DNA of 64,000 nt from an uncultured Chitinophagaceae bacterium (GTDB lineage: Bacteria; Bacteroidota; Bacteroidia; Chitinophagales; Chitinophagaceae): assembly GCA_963782225.1 (NCBI GenBank), contig CAWAIQ010000001.1, positions 29,455 through 93,454 of the forward strand, read 5' to 3'. A program made the position numbers and the translations under genes. Positions 49,432 to 60,893 of this stretch are shown piece after piece. The notes below the pieces were generated by a model. It was not told the origin of the DNA. It ran no database searches and worked only from the letters and a program-made list of their open reading frames with translations. Each line of letters begins with the position of its first letter. Positions within the stretch are counted from its first letter, which is position 1.

Positions 49432-49810
49432 TTACTTCGAGTATTGTGAAAGTCTTTTTACCTGCGGGTACTTCCCAATTAATTTGTTGACCTTTTCGAA
49501 ATCCGATCAATGCCGTTCCTATAGGTGCGAATATTGATATTTTTTGCTCCTTTATATTTGCTTTGTCTGGTGTTACGAGTATTACATTCATTACTCTTGT
49601 ATCGTCTTCCGCTTTGATTGCAACTTTTGAGTTTAATCTTACAATGTCCAGTGGTATACTGTCGCTGCTTACCAGCTTCGCTTTCCTTAATTCTCCTCTC
49701 AGATCTTCTAAATTTTTTCTGTCGAATGCGGTTTTACCGAACAGGCCGTTGAGATATGAGGTTAAAAGCCTGTGGTCTTCTTTTGTAAGAATAAGATTGT
49801 TCTTTTTCAT
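49421..49810 (-). CDS. GreA/GreB-family protein (Rnk-like, nucleoside diphosphate kinase regulator type)
   Basis: 129 aa; short N-terminal coiled coil, C-terminal …NSKVAIKAEDDTRVMNVILVTPDKANIKEQKISIFAPIGTALIGFRKGQQINWEVPAG. Confidence 0.8.
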   Translation of the reverse strand: MKKNNLILTKEDHRLLTSYLNGLFGKTAFDRKNLEDLRGELRKAKLVSSDSIPLDIVRLNSKVAIKAEDDTRVMNVILVTPDKANIKEQKISIFAPIGTALIGFRKGQQINWEVPAGKKTFTILEVINE

Positions 49811-50178
49811 GATTATTTGATTTTATAGTTGATGGCACATGCGGCTGCATGCCTTAATAGGTAGAAAGTAATTTCGCCTAGCGTTCCGAGTGTTTGAAGG
49901 CTAGGGCTTACTTAGCAAAGTCCTTAAAACAAGGAAGGAAATCGTTTGATGTGCCAGAAGAAAAACGGCGAGAAGCAGTAGGTACAGACACCTTTGCGAG
50001 GAGATTTCGCATGTAACAGGCAATATGTTGTTCTACTTTGGCCATTTTTACAAATATAACGATTATCGCGCTGTAAGCGTTGGGGATAGGGCAGTAGATT
50101 TGTTAAATGGGGAGGCATGAAGAACAGGTGAACAGGAGTTAAGCGATTCTGGTCAATAACTTATTGCCTTTGTAGAAC

Positions 50179-50967
50179 TTGAAGTACACACTATTCGCGA
50201 TATTATTATTGACTACAGTTTGGAGCCATTCCCAGGTACGAATGGCTGATACGTGTGTTGTGTATTTTCAGTTTAACAAAACAACCCTTCACCAAAACCA
50301 GGTTACTGCCCTGGATGAATGGGTATCGCGTCAAGCATTGAGAGCGTTTTCCGAAATTTGTATTTCTGCTTATGCCGATTCGGTTGGTAGCGAACATTAT
50401 AATCTTCGCCTTACGGCGGAGCGTGCAAACACTATCAAACAGCTGTTAGCTGATCGCATGGACGAAAGCATTTCGATTCACAGCTACGGAGAACAGTACG
50501 CGTCCACTGCGCCGGCAGCCGCCGACCGAAAAGCAACAATCATCGTCAAATACTCGGAAAAACAATTAGATCAGGAAACGCAAAAAACAACAACAGCAAT
50601 CGATACCATTATCACCCTGAAAAATATTCAATTCATCGAAGACCTCCCATACCTGACAGCCGAAGGCGAGGGGGTAATCAAAACGTACATCACGATGATA
50701 AAACGATTCAGGTTTGACCGTATGGAGATTGTTGGATACTATTTTTATGATGGGCCCTCTTTAAAACCAACAGATTCGAGATTCAAGCTCTCTGAACAGC
50801 GCGCAAAAGTGATTGCCGATATTTTCAGGAATGAAGGCTTCGATGCCGCGAGAATATCATCAAAAGGAGGTGGAAACAGCAAGATGGTGATAGAACACGC
50901 TAATACTGATGAGGAGAAAAGGAGAAATATCCGAGTAGAAGTGATTCTGCACTCCGCCGGGAACTAG
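50179..50967 (+). CDS. OmpA-family protein with two OmpA-like peptidoglycan-binding modules
   Basis: TTG start, signal peptide …WSHSQ; …AYADSVGSEHYNLRLTAERANTIKQLL… and …LSEQRAKVIADIFRNEGFDAARI…RRNIRVEVIL. Confidence 0.75.
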   Translation: MKYTLFAILLLTTVWSHSQVRMADTCVVYFQFNKTTLHQNQVTALDEWVSRQALRAFSEICISAYADSVGSEHYNLRLTAERANTIKQLLADRMDESISIHSYGEQYASTAPAAADRKATIIVKYSEKQLDQETQKTTTAIDTIITLKNIQFIEDLPYLTAEGEGVIKTYITMIKRFRFDRMEIVGYYFYDGPSLKPTDSRFKLSEQRAKVIADIFRNEGFDAARISSKGGGNSKMVIEHANTDEEKRRNIRVEVILHSAGN

Positions 50968-50977
50968 ACACAAGAAA

Positions 50978-51005
50978 CCATCCAGGAAGTTACCCTCCTG
51001 GATGG
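50978..51005. terminator. 10-bp perfect hairpin between convergent ompA-like and RRM genes (bidirectional terminator candidate)
   Basis: ccatccagga-agttaccc-tcctggatgg; only weak T tracts on either side. Confidence 0.4.
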
Positions 51006-51085
51006 GAAAATATTTAGGAGATAAAGATCAAATGCGTCGCCCGCTTGTAGCCACCTGCAAATGACCCTTAAACGTGATAGCCGCC

Positions 51086-51424
51086 TTAGTATCTTGATCC
51101 GCGATCATATCCACCGCGTCCACCGCCGCCGCCTGGCCTTCTGCCACCGCCGCCTGAACCGCCTTGTCCGCCTGATCCACGGGGTTTATCCTCCGCTTCT
51201 TTAACGGTCAGCGTTCTGCCTTCGATGCTTGCGCCATTCAACGCCTTTACAGCCGCCTGCGCCTGTTCGTCGTCTTGAAATTCTACAAATCCGAAACCGC
51301 GGCTTTTGCCTGTGTCCCGGTCCATGATCACCTTGGCAGAAGCCACTGTACCATGTTCGCTAAAAACTTCCTGGAGTTCGTTGTCATCCATGTCGTAAGG
51401 GATGCCTGCAACAAATAATTTCAT
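51086..51424 (-). CDS. RRM-type RNA-binding protein with Gly/Arg-rich tail
   Basis: MKLFVAGIPYDM (RNP2), KSRGFGFVEF (RNP1), C-terminal GSGGQGGSGGGGRRPGGGGGRGGYDRGSRY. Confidence 0.9.
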   Translation of the reverse strand: MKLFVAGIPYDMDDNELQEVFSEHGTVASAKVIMDRDTGKSRGFGFVEFQDDEQAQAAVKALNGASIEGRTLTVKEAEDKPRGSGGQGGSGGGGRRPGGGGGRGGYDRGSRY

Positions 51425-51452
51425 TCGTGATGTGTTTTAAATAAGAGAGGTG

Positions 51453-51460
51453 CAAAATTA
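51453..51460 (-). promoter_or_regulatory. Bacteroidota -7 box candidate TAATTTTG for the RRM gene
   Basis: Reverse complement of caaaatta; 28 nt upstream of ATG 51424. Confidence 0.3.
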
Positions 51461-51775
51461 ATACCGACCTCGCGGTGTGAAGGTAAGCACATAGCGGTAA
51501 TTAAAGCAGCATTTATTTGACTATTACGGTAGGGGGTAAACCGGCGGTGGAGCGCGGGGGGATGAGGATCCATCGATTATGGCGAAGGAAAAGTATTCTT
51601 CCGAAAGATGGGGTAAGAAATCATCATCAAAAAATAAAAAATGTTAACAATCCGATACATAACCGCAGTTGATAAATAGCAAGTGCACTGAGAGAAATAC
51701 AACAGGTACTAAGGCATACTAATTGGATACAATCGTTCAGGAAATCTCATCATTGATCTTTTAATCACTTAGTTT

Positions 51776-52837
51776 ATGTTTTATCATATCAAAGAACTAC
51801 AGTTTAATGCCCGTGTGTCAAAACCCGATCCTGCATTTGCCACATTGTTACTCGAACAATTCGGCGGTGCCAATGGTGAACTCGCGGCAGCACTCCGTTA
51901 TTTTGGCCAGGCGTTCGCGGCGAAAAAAGCGTATCCGGATAAATACGACCTGCTGATGGATATTGCCACAGAAGAATTCAGCCACTTGGAAATTGTGGGG
52001 GCTACTATTCAAATGCTTACGGGCATCAACGGCGACTTAAAAAACGCGGCTGATAATTCGGAAATAATGCAGTTCTTAATGGCAAAGCCGCGAAAGAAGA
52101 AATGATTCACCAGGGAATGGTTGCGCCGCAATTTTTTGTTGGTACAGCAGGCGGACCTGCCTATACCAATAGCCAGGGCGTACCATGGACCGCGGCATAT
52201 ATAAACGGTGATGTACAGGGCGATCTTACTTCGGATTTACGCTCAGACATCGGCGCAGAAACAAGGGCCAAGATGGTGTATGAATACCTGCTTCAGTTTA
52301 CAGACGATCCTTATGTAAAGGAGACGCTTCGCTTTCTTATGACACGCGAAGTGGCGCACTATCCAAATGTTTGAAGCAGCACTTGCTACCATTCAACCTA
52401 ACTTTCCTCCGGGAATTTTGCAAAGTGATCCACGCTACAGTAACTTGTACTTCAACATGTCGACCGGCAACGATTTTCGTGGACCATGGAACCAGGGACA
52501 AAGTTCCCAAATGGGCGAAACATTCCAATTTGTTGATGATCCTATTAAGCATGTGATGGATACAAATGGAATGCTGAAGCAGGAAGCTGCCGGCACCGAC
52601 AGAACAGAAAAAGAAGTAAGTAAATTAGATAAATCATTAAGTGCGCTGAGGAGTGGGGAAGTTAATACCGCGAATGTGATGGGCGCTCAACAGTGGAACG
52701 ATCCCGAGGCAGAAGAAGAAATGCAAACCAGGGTTTTGGCGAACAACGCTGTACCAACGCCTGGTGAGGACGCCAACATCACCGCCAGGGAAGCGCAACA
52801 ACCCGGCACGAATGCGAAAAGAAGTAACGGCAAATAA
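51776..52837 (+). pseudogene. manganese catalase-family protein split over three frames
   Basis: Track ORFs 51776..52105, 52102..52374, 52367..52837 are collinear with one Mn-catalase: …FGGANGELAAALRYFGQAF…TEEFSHLEIVGATI… | …LNGKAAKEEMIHQGMVAPQ…TRAKMVYEYL…LMTREVAHY | QMFEAALATIQPNFPPG…; junctions about 52057-52075 and 52363 (extra C in tatCCaaatg). Confidence 0.85.
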
Positions 52838-52865
52838 CACAACAGACTCTACCGGCTACCGGATC

Positions 52866-53522
52866 ATGTGTACGCTTTACACTGATCCGGTATGTTGTTG
52901 GAGCTGGGCAATGGAATCGGACTTAGAGCGGCTAAAAGAATCATTAGGCGATCAGGCGCAATGGACAACAAAAATGGGCGGATTAATACCCTCGTGGAAT
53001 AATTACCACGATGAATCTAATTCTGTTACACGCCCTGCGCAAATGGGCCCCGTATGGATGCATGCGGCCACTGTTGCCAATAGACCAATCAATCATCTGA
53101 TATGGGCGAAAGACCCGCCTGCATCGTCTTTCCCTGCATGTATTGCAGTGAAGTGCGCCCAACTTCAATCCCCCGATATGGGCGAATCGATGTTGCACTT
53201 GCTACGCGTTGCCATGATGCAGAACGGTGAAAACATCGCAAAGCCCGTGGTGATTTCTGAAATCGCAGAACAACTTGCTGCGACGACTCCTTCTTTTGAT
53301 ATTGAACGATTTATTTCAGACTATAACGGAGATGCGGGCGCTGCTGCATTAAAGGCAGACCTGCACGAGTTGCAATATCACCGCATCAATCGCTTTCCAT
53401 CAATATTAATACGATCTGTGGAGGGGAAAGTTATTTTATTGCAAGGGTTCCGCACGTTTGCTGATTTACAAAGAGAAGTGACAACGTCGTTCCCGGAAAT
53501 AACGCTTACTTCACCTGTATAA
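52866..53522 (+). CDS. DsbA-family thioredoxin-fold protein (SpxH/YjbH-like arrangement, CxxS-type motif)
   Basis: From ATG 52866: MCTLYTDPVCCWSWAMESDLERLK…; start uncertain (track ORF begins 52764 inside the catalase 3' end). Confidence 0.65.
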   Translation: MCTLYTDPVCCWSWAMESDLERLKESLGDQAQWTTKMGGLIPSWNNYHDESNSVTRPAQMGPVWMHAATVANRPINHLIWAKDPPASSFPACIAVKCAQLQSPDMGESMLHLLRVAMMQNGENIAKPVVISEIAEQLAATTPSFDIERFISDYNGDAGAAALKADLHELQYHRINRFPSILIRSVEGKVILLQGFRTFADLQREVTTSFPEITLTSPV

Positions 53523-53566
53523 CGCGGGAGATACCGGTTAGGCACATTTTTTAAAGCTGACCCAAT

Positions 53567-53776
53567 ATGCCGTCCACCGTAATCAAATCATATGACTTTG
53601 ATGCCGCTGCGCGTATCCTTACCATCCGTTTCACCAGCGAAGCGGTATATAACTATTTGGAAGTGCCGCAGGAAGTGTATGATGCTTTTAGAATGTTCCG
53701 GGAAAAGGGTATCTTTTATAACCAGAATATCAAAGGGAAGTATCAGTTTCAACGAATAGATTTTTTAAAAAGATAG
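53567..53776 (+). CDS. KTSC domain-containing protein
   Basis: …IKSYDFDAAARILTIRFTSEAVYNYLEVPQEVYDAFRMFREKGIFYNQNIKGKYQFQRI. Confidence 0.8.
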   Translation: MPSTVIKSYDFDAAARILTIRFTSEAVYNYLEVPQEVYDAFRMFREKGIFYNQNIKGKYQFQRIDFLKR

Positions 53777-53811
53777 TACCTTGAGGGAACAGGCTTTGCC
53801 TGGCTATTTAT

Positions 53812-54021
53812 ATGGATTTTGATGAGATAAGCGATAGTAAGTTGTTTGATCTTTTTCTTGAATACAACGAACGATATATCAGGATGATTTCGGGGCCTGT
53901 TGACAAGTATATCAGCGATCCGAAACTAGAACCGCTTCAGCATAATTTTAAGTTGGTACTTGAAGAATTACGCCGGCGAAGGCGGTATCCGAGTACTCCC
54001 ATCAATTTCCATCAGCAATAA
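53812..54021 (+). CDS. small helical hypothetical protein (69 aa)
   Basis: MDFDEISDSKLFDLFLEYNERYIRMISGP…LVLEELRRRRRYP; same architecture as 7997..8182. Confidence 0.4.
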   Translation: MDFDEISDSKLFDLFLEYNERYIRMISGPVDKYISDPKLEPLQHNFKLVLEELRRRRRYPSTPINFHQQ

Positions 54022-54049
54022 AGGGGATGCCCAGCATATAAAACCAAAC

Positions 54050-55571
54050 ATGAACAGAATATATTTAGCGCTCACTTTCGTGGTTCTCCTTGCGCAATGT
54101 GATCGAAAGGATAAAACGTCTAACAGTACCAGATAATACGGAGGTTACCTATAAAGAAAGCCTTGAAGACTTTGCAAACCCGGAGCGGGGCTTCTACATT
54201 TATTCTGAAACAAAAGCAAGTAACCCTTCGCCACTAACGGCGGATGATCTTAACGGGTACAAACCATCCACACAAGCCAGCAACGGCAATTACTCCGTTT
54301 TCAGCACGCTCATCTTTAGGTATTATGTGCTCGATATCTTCAAAGACAAAGCGATCTCTACGTCGTTCTTAGAGAGCATATCGGAAGACTTTGCTATCGC
54401 ACGGCAAACAGGCTTCAAACTGATTCCGAGATTTACTTACACCACAAAACAAACAGCCGGAACATGTCCGGAAGGGTTCATTTGTCCACCATACGGCGAT
54501 GCTCCGAAAGCAATCGTGCTGCAGCATATCGCGCAGCTCAAACAACTTTTTGAAACCAACGCCGACGTGATAGCAGCAGTGCAGATGGGCTTCATCGGCG
54601 TGTGGGGCGAACAATACTATACCGACTACTTCGGCGATGCATCTCAAAATACCCCTACTCAAAAGCTCCTCGACCCAAACTGGCAGGATAGAATAGAAGT
54701 GCTCGGCGCACTGCTCGATGCAGTACCTGCAGACAGAAACATCCAGGTGCGCTACCCGCAGATCAAACAGCGATTTACTAATGGCGTCAATGCCAACATT
54801 ACTATTGCGCCAATGCAGGAGTCAGACGCTTTTACAGAGAGTGATAAAGCACGGCTGGGATATCATAACGATTGCTTCCTGGCCAGCGAAAATGACTACG
54901 GTACATACGAGGATTATGGAAACTCATCGTCGCCGCGTCAGGACGCTAATACCGTAATGCGGTCTTTCATGAAAGCAGATTCTAGATATGTAGCAGTTGG
55001 TGGAGAAACGTGTGATGACGCGTTTAGTCCGCAGAATGATTGTGAACCCGCAGGACGTGCACAGACGGAAATGAAAGAGATGCACTATAGTTATCTGAAC
55101 AGTGCTTACAATAACAAAGTGAACGACGATTGGCAGAGCGCCGGCTGTATGGACAGCATCAAAAGAAATCTCGGCTATCGTTTCGTGTTAACGCGGGCCA
55201 GCCTTCCGAAAGCTGTCGAACCTGGAGGAAGTGTAACTTTTTCATTTACTATCGCGAATCGCGGCTACGCATCGCCGTTTAACAAACGACCTGCAAAACT
55301 AATATTGAAAAGTAAACAAAACGGTGAGGAAAAAGAGATAGTGCTGAGCGCAGATGTGAGAAAATGGTTTAGTGGAACGACTACCGTTGAGGAGAAACTA
55401 TCTCTGCCGGCGAATATGGTGAAAGGTGAGTATGATGTGTTCTTATCGCTTCCCGATCAATATGAATCAATAGCAAAACGACCTGAGTATGCAATTCGGC
55501 TGGCTAATGAAAACATTTGGGACCCCGCCACAGGTTACAACAATTTAAATGCAGTGTTAACAGTGAATTGA
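54050..55571 (+). pseudogene. DUF4874/DUF4832 glycoside-hydrolase-like lipoprotein; signal peptide separated from the body by a +1 frame step
   Basis: ATG 54050 gives MNRIYLALTFVVLLAQCDRKDKTSNST then stop; body (…PDNTEVTYKESLEDFANPERGFYIY…GVWGEQYYTDYFGD…GYHNDCFLAS…) is in the +1 frame from 54090; junction about 54115-54135. Confidence 0.7.
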
Positions 55572-55578
55572 GCGCTGC

Positions 55579-56956
55579 TTATTTGATTTTGAAACTCACC
55601 CCTGCGGTCGCATCCAATTGCTTTGTCGGCTGCGCGATGCTGGTGAATAAGCCCGACGAGCCAAGGGTGACGAAGCGATATCGCATCATAACACCTGCAC
55701 GGGTGCTTGACAACCAATCGTACGTTACAGGAACAGCAAAAGCAAAGTGTTCACTTTCATAGCGCGGAATAAGCGATACATAGTTCCACGCTGCTTCGGT
55801 AAGTGCAATGTTCGAAGACGAAGCAACAAAGATGTTTTTAAGTATGCGTTGATCAAGATCTACATGCAAAGCGGTGGGTAACGTTGACCTGAACTGTGGT
55901 TTGTCCGTTTCTGGTAATGCCTGGAAGTTCTCGGGATGAGAATCGAATAGTTGGCGCGCTTTTACAAGGTCGAGACCAAAGAGTTCCCTTAACCGCAATG
56001 GCGTTGCAGCCCGAACGTCGATGTTATAGCTTCCGCTTTGTCTCAAATCTTTCCTGTATTTAATATTGCCAATGTCAACGACCGCAACCCCCATTCTGAA
56101 GTTGTGATTATCGCTTTCGTCGTCGGCTCTAAATTCATAGGTCATACCGATATCCAATCCAATCCCCCTGTTATTAAACGCCGGAAAATTATCGCCATCT
56201 CCTTTTATCTGCACTTTCGATAAACCAGGCGTGCCTTCAGTGATTACTTTATTGAGACTTAACCCTGATATTTTCAGTCCCGAAATATTAAGCGACACAT
56301 TGCCGTTTGCCTGGTTAATAGCATAGTCTTTAATTGATTTATTATACCCACCCACACCTTCAAAGGCGCGCAAAATCAAAATCCGCACTCGCTATACCCG
56401 AGAGGAACTTTACGCCGGATCCTGCACTGAATTTGTGATTACCGTTGTCAACAAGGGTTCTTGAATACGAAAAACCGATTTCCGTCCATGCATTCAGACT
56501 CCCACGCATATGTGATGAAGAGGACAGTCTAAATGGCTGCGCCTGCGTGCTAAAGTATTGTTCGTTTAAACTGTGGGCGAGTTGCCCATCGAAGTCGCGA
56601 ACGTATCCGCTCATCCGCGCACGTGTGTACAATGCAAAAGTGTTTTGACCAGACTTTTTCATGACTGCCGGGCCCATTACATCTACGGATGCCGAGCCAG
56701 ACACAGTCGCTGTATTCTGAAATATTGTATTGCTAAAATGTTTTGGACTCAGATTGGCCAGCGAAAAGTAAGGTTGATTGCCGGAGAAATTTGCTGATGC
56801 GGAAAATATTTGGATCTGCAGTTTGTTGCGCGACGAAGAGATGAGCGATGGATTGGTGCTGATGGAGGATAATCCCGGGTGGGAACTTATAAAGTTTTGG
56901 CCATAGCCGATATTGCACATGATGCCCATAAACACCAGGCAGATCAGTGTTTTCAT
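55579..56956 (-). pseudogene. outer-membrane beta-barrel-like protein of unknown function (possibly DUF5723-type), one +1 frame step
   Basis: Track ORFs 56360..56956 (signal peptide MKTLICLVFMGIMCNIGYGQ…) and 55579..56388 join as …ASADFDFAR|FEGVGGYNKSIKDY…; removing one C at about 56366 restores the frame. Confidence 0.55.
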
Positions 56957-57074
56957 AGGAGAAATTGGATTATTACACTTTAACGGCGATGAGAAACAAT
57001 TTATTGGAACGTTGGGGTAATTATTGTTTTTTCGCCGGATGGGTCAGGTCAGGAATGAACAGTTGCTTCGCAGG

Positions 57075-57266
57075 ATGGCGTTGGTACTTAAACAACTTAG
57101 GGAAGAGCAGAATCTTACCCAGGGAGAGGTGTATGCGGAGACGGGCATTCATATTGGTAGGATAGAGGCGTGTAAGTCGAATTTAAGTGTGAGTACATTG
57201 TTTGAAGTTTTAAAGTTTCTTAGAACTGATTTGTCAGTGTTTTTTGAAAGGGTCGAAAAGAAATAA
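57075..57266 (+). CDS. XRE-family HTH transcriptional regulator
   Basis: From ATG 57075: MALVLKQLREEQNLTQGEVYAETGIHIGRIEACKSNLSVSTLFEVLKFL. Confidence 0.7.
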   Translation: MALVLKQLREEQNLTQGEVYAETGIHIGRIEACKSNLSVSTLFEVLKFLRTDLSVFFERVEKK

Positions 57267-57290
57267 AAAAGCCCCGGTATAAACCGGGGC
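57265..57290 (-). terminator. rho-independent terminator of glnN (8-bp GC stem, ATAA loop, U6 tail on minus strand)
   Basis: gccccggt-ataa-accggggc at 57271-57290 preceded by A6 (57265-57270) on plus strand; 29 nt past the glnN stop. Confidence 0.7.
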
Positions 57291-57318
57291 TCCACATATA
57301 ACTGTTATTCCTAAAATT

Positions 57319-59516
57319 TTAACGAAGAAAAAGCATCTCTCTATACTTAGGCAGCGCCCAGTAATGATCGCCTACAAGCAATTCGAGCTTGTCAACACTA
57401 TACCTGATCTTATCGAAGAACGCTTCTTTCACCTGCTCGGAGTAAGCAATCGCTTTCTCGCGAGTATCAGTCAAAGCATTAACCTTCTTCCTTGCTTCAA
57501 TCATCTTTTCAACAAGGTCGCTGGTTTTGCTGATGTGCTCAGAAATCTTCATCAGAATCTGTTTCTGATTAGCATATGATTCACCATCAAGCCCAATATC
57601 TTTCAAACCCCTGATATTTTCAATCAGCACATTCTGATAACGGATCGCTGCAGGCAGGATATGGCTGGTAGCCATCTCACCCATAATACGCGCTTCGATC
57701 TGAACCTTCTTAATGTACTTTTCTAATTCAATTTCATGACGTGCTTCAAGCTCAGCGTGAGAATAAACACCATTGCTTTCGAAGATATGCTTAGCCCTTT
57801 CTGTAACCATTGCATCGAGTGCATATGGAGTTGTACGAACATTCGGTAAACCTCTCTTCTCTGCTTCAGCATGCCAGTCGTCGCTGTAACCATCGCCTTC
57901 GAACAATACTTTCTCGCTGCTCACGATGTACTCGCGAATAACGTGCATGATTGCGATTTCTTTCTTTTCACCTTTCTCGATCAGTCCATCAACATCTTTT
58001 TTGAACTGGCCGAGTGTCTGAGCCATGATAGTGTTCAATACTGTCATTGCGTTAGCGCAGTTTGCAGCAGAACCTACAGCGCGGAACTCAAATTTATTTC
58101 CGGTAAACGCGAACGGTGAAGTACGGTTTCTGTCGGTGTTATCCATCAACAGTTCAGGAATGCTTCTGTGAAGATCGAGCTTGAGGATCGCTTCGTCCTG
58201 TTCGTCGAACTTATCACCAACTCTCTGCTTAACATCTTCCAGAACCTTTGAAAGGTAACCGCCGATGAACACAGAAATGATAGCCGGAGGAGCTTCGTTT
58301 GCACCAAGACGGTGATCGTTACCCGCAGACGCAATAGATGCGCGGAGAATATCTGCATAGTCATGTACCGCTTTGATGGCATTCACGAAGAACGTGAGGA
58401 ACATCAGGTTGGTTTTTGGTGTTTTACCTGGTGCGAGCAGGTTAACGCCTGTGTCGGTAGCCATGCTCCAGTTATTGTGTTTACCACTACCGTTAATGCC
58501 GGCGAATGGTTTTTCGTGGAGCAGTACTCTTAATTTATGTCTCTTGGCAACGCGGTCCATAATGTCCATCAACAATGTGTTGTGGTCAACCGCAACACTT
58601 ACTTCTTCAAATATTGGTGCACACTCAAACTGTGAAGGTGCCACCTCGTTGTGCCTTGTTCTTAAAGGAATACCGAGTCTGTACGATTCAGTTTCGAAAT
58701 CTCTCATGTAGGCGTACACTCTTTCGGGAATTGAACCGAAGTAGTGGTCTTCGAGCTGCTGGCCTCTTGCAGGTGCATGTCCGAATACTGTTCTGTCCGC
58801 TCGATACGAGGTCAGGACGTGCATTGAACATCGCTTCGTCAACAAGGAAATATTCCTGCTCCCATCCGAGGGTAGCAGTAACTTTCGTTACATTTTTATC
58901 GAAGTAGTTACAAACTTCTACTGCGTTTTTTCCGAGGACTTCAACTGCTTTCAGCAATGGTCCTTTGTAATCGAGAAGTTCGCCTGTATATGATACGAAG
59001 AGGGTAGGGATACAAAGCGTTTTACCCTCACCGATATCCATGATGAAAGCCGGAGAAGAAGGATCCCATGCAGTGTAACCGCGTGCTTCGAAGGTTGCCC
59101 TTAAGCCGCCGCTTGGAAATGAAGATGCATCGGGTTCCTGCTGTATAAGCGTGTCACCATCGAATGTTTCGATAGGAGTACCATCGCTTTTAAGAGTAAA
59201 AAATGAATCATGCTTTTCAGCTGACGATCCGGTAAGAGGCTGGAACCAGTGTGTGAAATGGGTTACACCCTTTGACTCTGCCCACTGGCGAAGTGCCAGA
59301 AGCAATCTGGTTAGCCACAGCGCGGTCGATCTTTTTGCCGCCTTTTATAGATGTTGCCAGGCTCTTATAAGCCTCATCGCTCAAAAATTCCCTTGCTACT
59401 TTAAGGGTAAACACATTCTCATTAAAAATGCCGGTGATTTTGGTTGAACGTCCCAGTTCCTTCCCGTTCGAAGAAGAAGTGAGATCGTTAATAGCTTTGA
59501 AGCGTAATGATTCCAT
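57319..59516 (-). pseudogene. glnN: glutamine synthetase type III, split over three frames by two +1 steps
   Basis: Track ORFs 59217..59516, 58688..59305, 57319..58845 are collinear (about 732 codons, right for GSIII): …KKIDRAVANQIAS|ALRQWAESKGVTHFTHWFQPLTG… (extra G/C at about 59295) and …LGWEQEYFLVDEAMFNARPDLVSSG|RTVFGHAPARGQQLEDHYFGSIPERV…TRHNEVAPSQFE (about 58796). Confidence 0.9.
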
Positions 59517-59691
59517 TTAAAAGATAATTTTAGGAGCTGCAAATAAACGATAAAATGACGGGGTAAAAAATTTTTGGATGGCTAAACGGTCAAAAAAAAT
59601 CCCCATTTTAACCACAAAAATGCGAAAGAAATGAATACTATGTTCTAGTTAACCCGCAATTAGTACCCAAAAAGAAATATATATAATAATC

Positions 59692-60855
59692 CTAATGTTT
59701 CTGGCTATTGCACCGCGAAATACTTGCTAAGCTACACAGGATCAGCAATTCAGGTATTGCTTTATATCGCACATATGCGCCCGGAAATGGAACAATATAT
59801 GAAATAAATACATATGTACTGATTCCGAGAATAACCAGCGCCAGGAGGGCAGGTGTTTGTAAACGGTTTTTCCATAAAGGGTGTCGAAAAACAACGCAGG
59901 CAACGATGATAATCCAGAATGCTGCAATTTCTGCGGATGCCAAAAATTGTAATACTCCTTCGGCCTCCCATGGCAACGGCCGAAAAAAGATATTTGCTGC
60001 TGCGCGCGGAAAAGATCTGATGTAACTCGCGGGGGACGGGTCGAGATTACCAATCCCGAATTTAGTGCCTTTTAACATGAGAAAGGCATGTTGTTTTTGC
60101 GCAACGGAAGCCGAGATATTCAGGCCGGGCAAAAAGAATAAAACGATTCCTGTAAGGTATAAGCCACCAAATGACAGCAGTATTTTGCCCGTCCGCTCAG
60201 CCAGATACCACGCAACGGTTACCAGTATTAATAATATCCCTATCTCCGGTCGGCAGATGAATACACCAATGAACCCGATAATCACAGGAACAAGTCGCGC
60301 TGCACCACGTTTAGTTTTTGTAAACAGGTGAAATAAATACATACCTGTAAAAAAGAATAACATTCCGTCTACCCTTATTCCACTCAGCCAGAACACGGCA
60401 GGCAAAAACAGGAACAACAGGATAAAGTATAAAGCCTTCTTTTCGGGGAATAACTCAGTCATCAACCGGTATAACCAATAATGGCCGAAGAAAAATATAG
60501 CATTGAGCAGAACTACATTCACATAATAGTTACCACCAGTAACAAGATTGAATACGGCCATCGTTTTTACAAGCAGCACATATTGCAGGTCGTCGAGGTA
60601 TACACCCAGGACCTCTACAATCGTTTTCCCGGTAACGAGCGCGTTATGAGGTGAAAATTCATTGGTAAAAAACTGGCCTGGCTTATTAAGTAACAGGTCC
60701 GTTTCGAGTAGTGAAGAACGGAACAACTTCCAGGTGTCGTCGCCGTTGTAAAAATGCAGGAACACATAACCATAGATGAGTCCCAGTAGTACTTTTACCA
60801 GAAACCCCGCAAGCAGCCAGCGTTTATCGTCACTGTTTTTAAAAGGCGAATCCAT
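59692..60855 (-). CDS. polytopic membrane protein, possibly GT-C-type glycosyltransferase/polymerase
   Basis: About 11 TM helices; from ATG 60855 (track start 60915 would overlap the divergent GT4 gene by 22 nt); no specific family recognised. Confidence 0.5.
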   Translation of the reverse strand: MDSPFKNSDDKRWLLAGFLVKVLLGLIYGYVFLHFYNGDDTWKLFRSSLLETDLLLNKPGQFFTNEFSPHNALVTGKTIVEVLGVYLDDLQYVLLVKTMAVFNLVTGGNYYVNVVLLNAIFFFGHYWLYRLMTELFPEKKALYFILLFLFLPAVFWLSGIRVDGMLFFFTGMYLFHLFTKTKRGAARLVPVIIGFIGVFICRPEIGILLILVTVAWYLAERTGKILLSFGGLYLTGIVLFFLPGLNISASVAQKQHAFLMLKGTKFGIGNLDPSPASYIRSFPRAAANIFFRPLPWEAEGVLQFLASAEIAAFWIIIVACVVFRHPLWKNRLQTPALLALVILGISTYVFISYIVPFPGAYVRYKAIPELLILCSLASISRCNSQKH

Positions 60856-60893
60856 TTTTACATAGTTACCTATTTTTGATATAATATAATTGA

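Noticed and set aside
51530-51560. G-rich block (ggtagggggtaaaccggcggtggagcgcgggggga) in the 351-nt RRM/catalase divergent spacer as a G-quadruplex or structured RNA
   Set aside because: Only two runs of three or more G are present, so there is no canonical four-tract G4. No convincing stem-loops or conserved-looking motif, and only trivial ORFs of about 20-40 codons.
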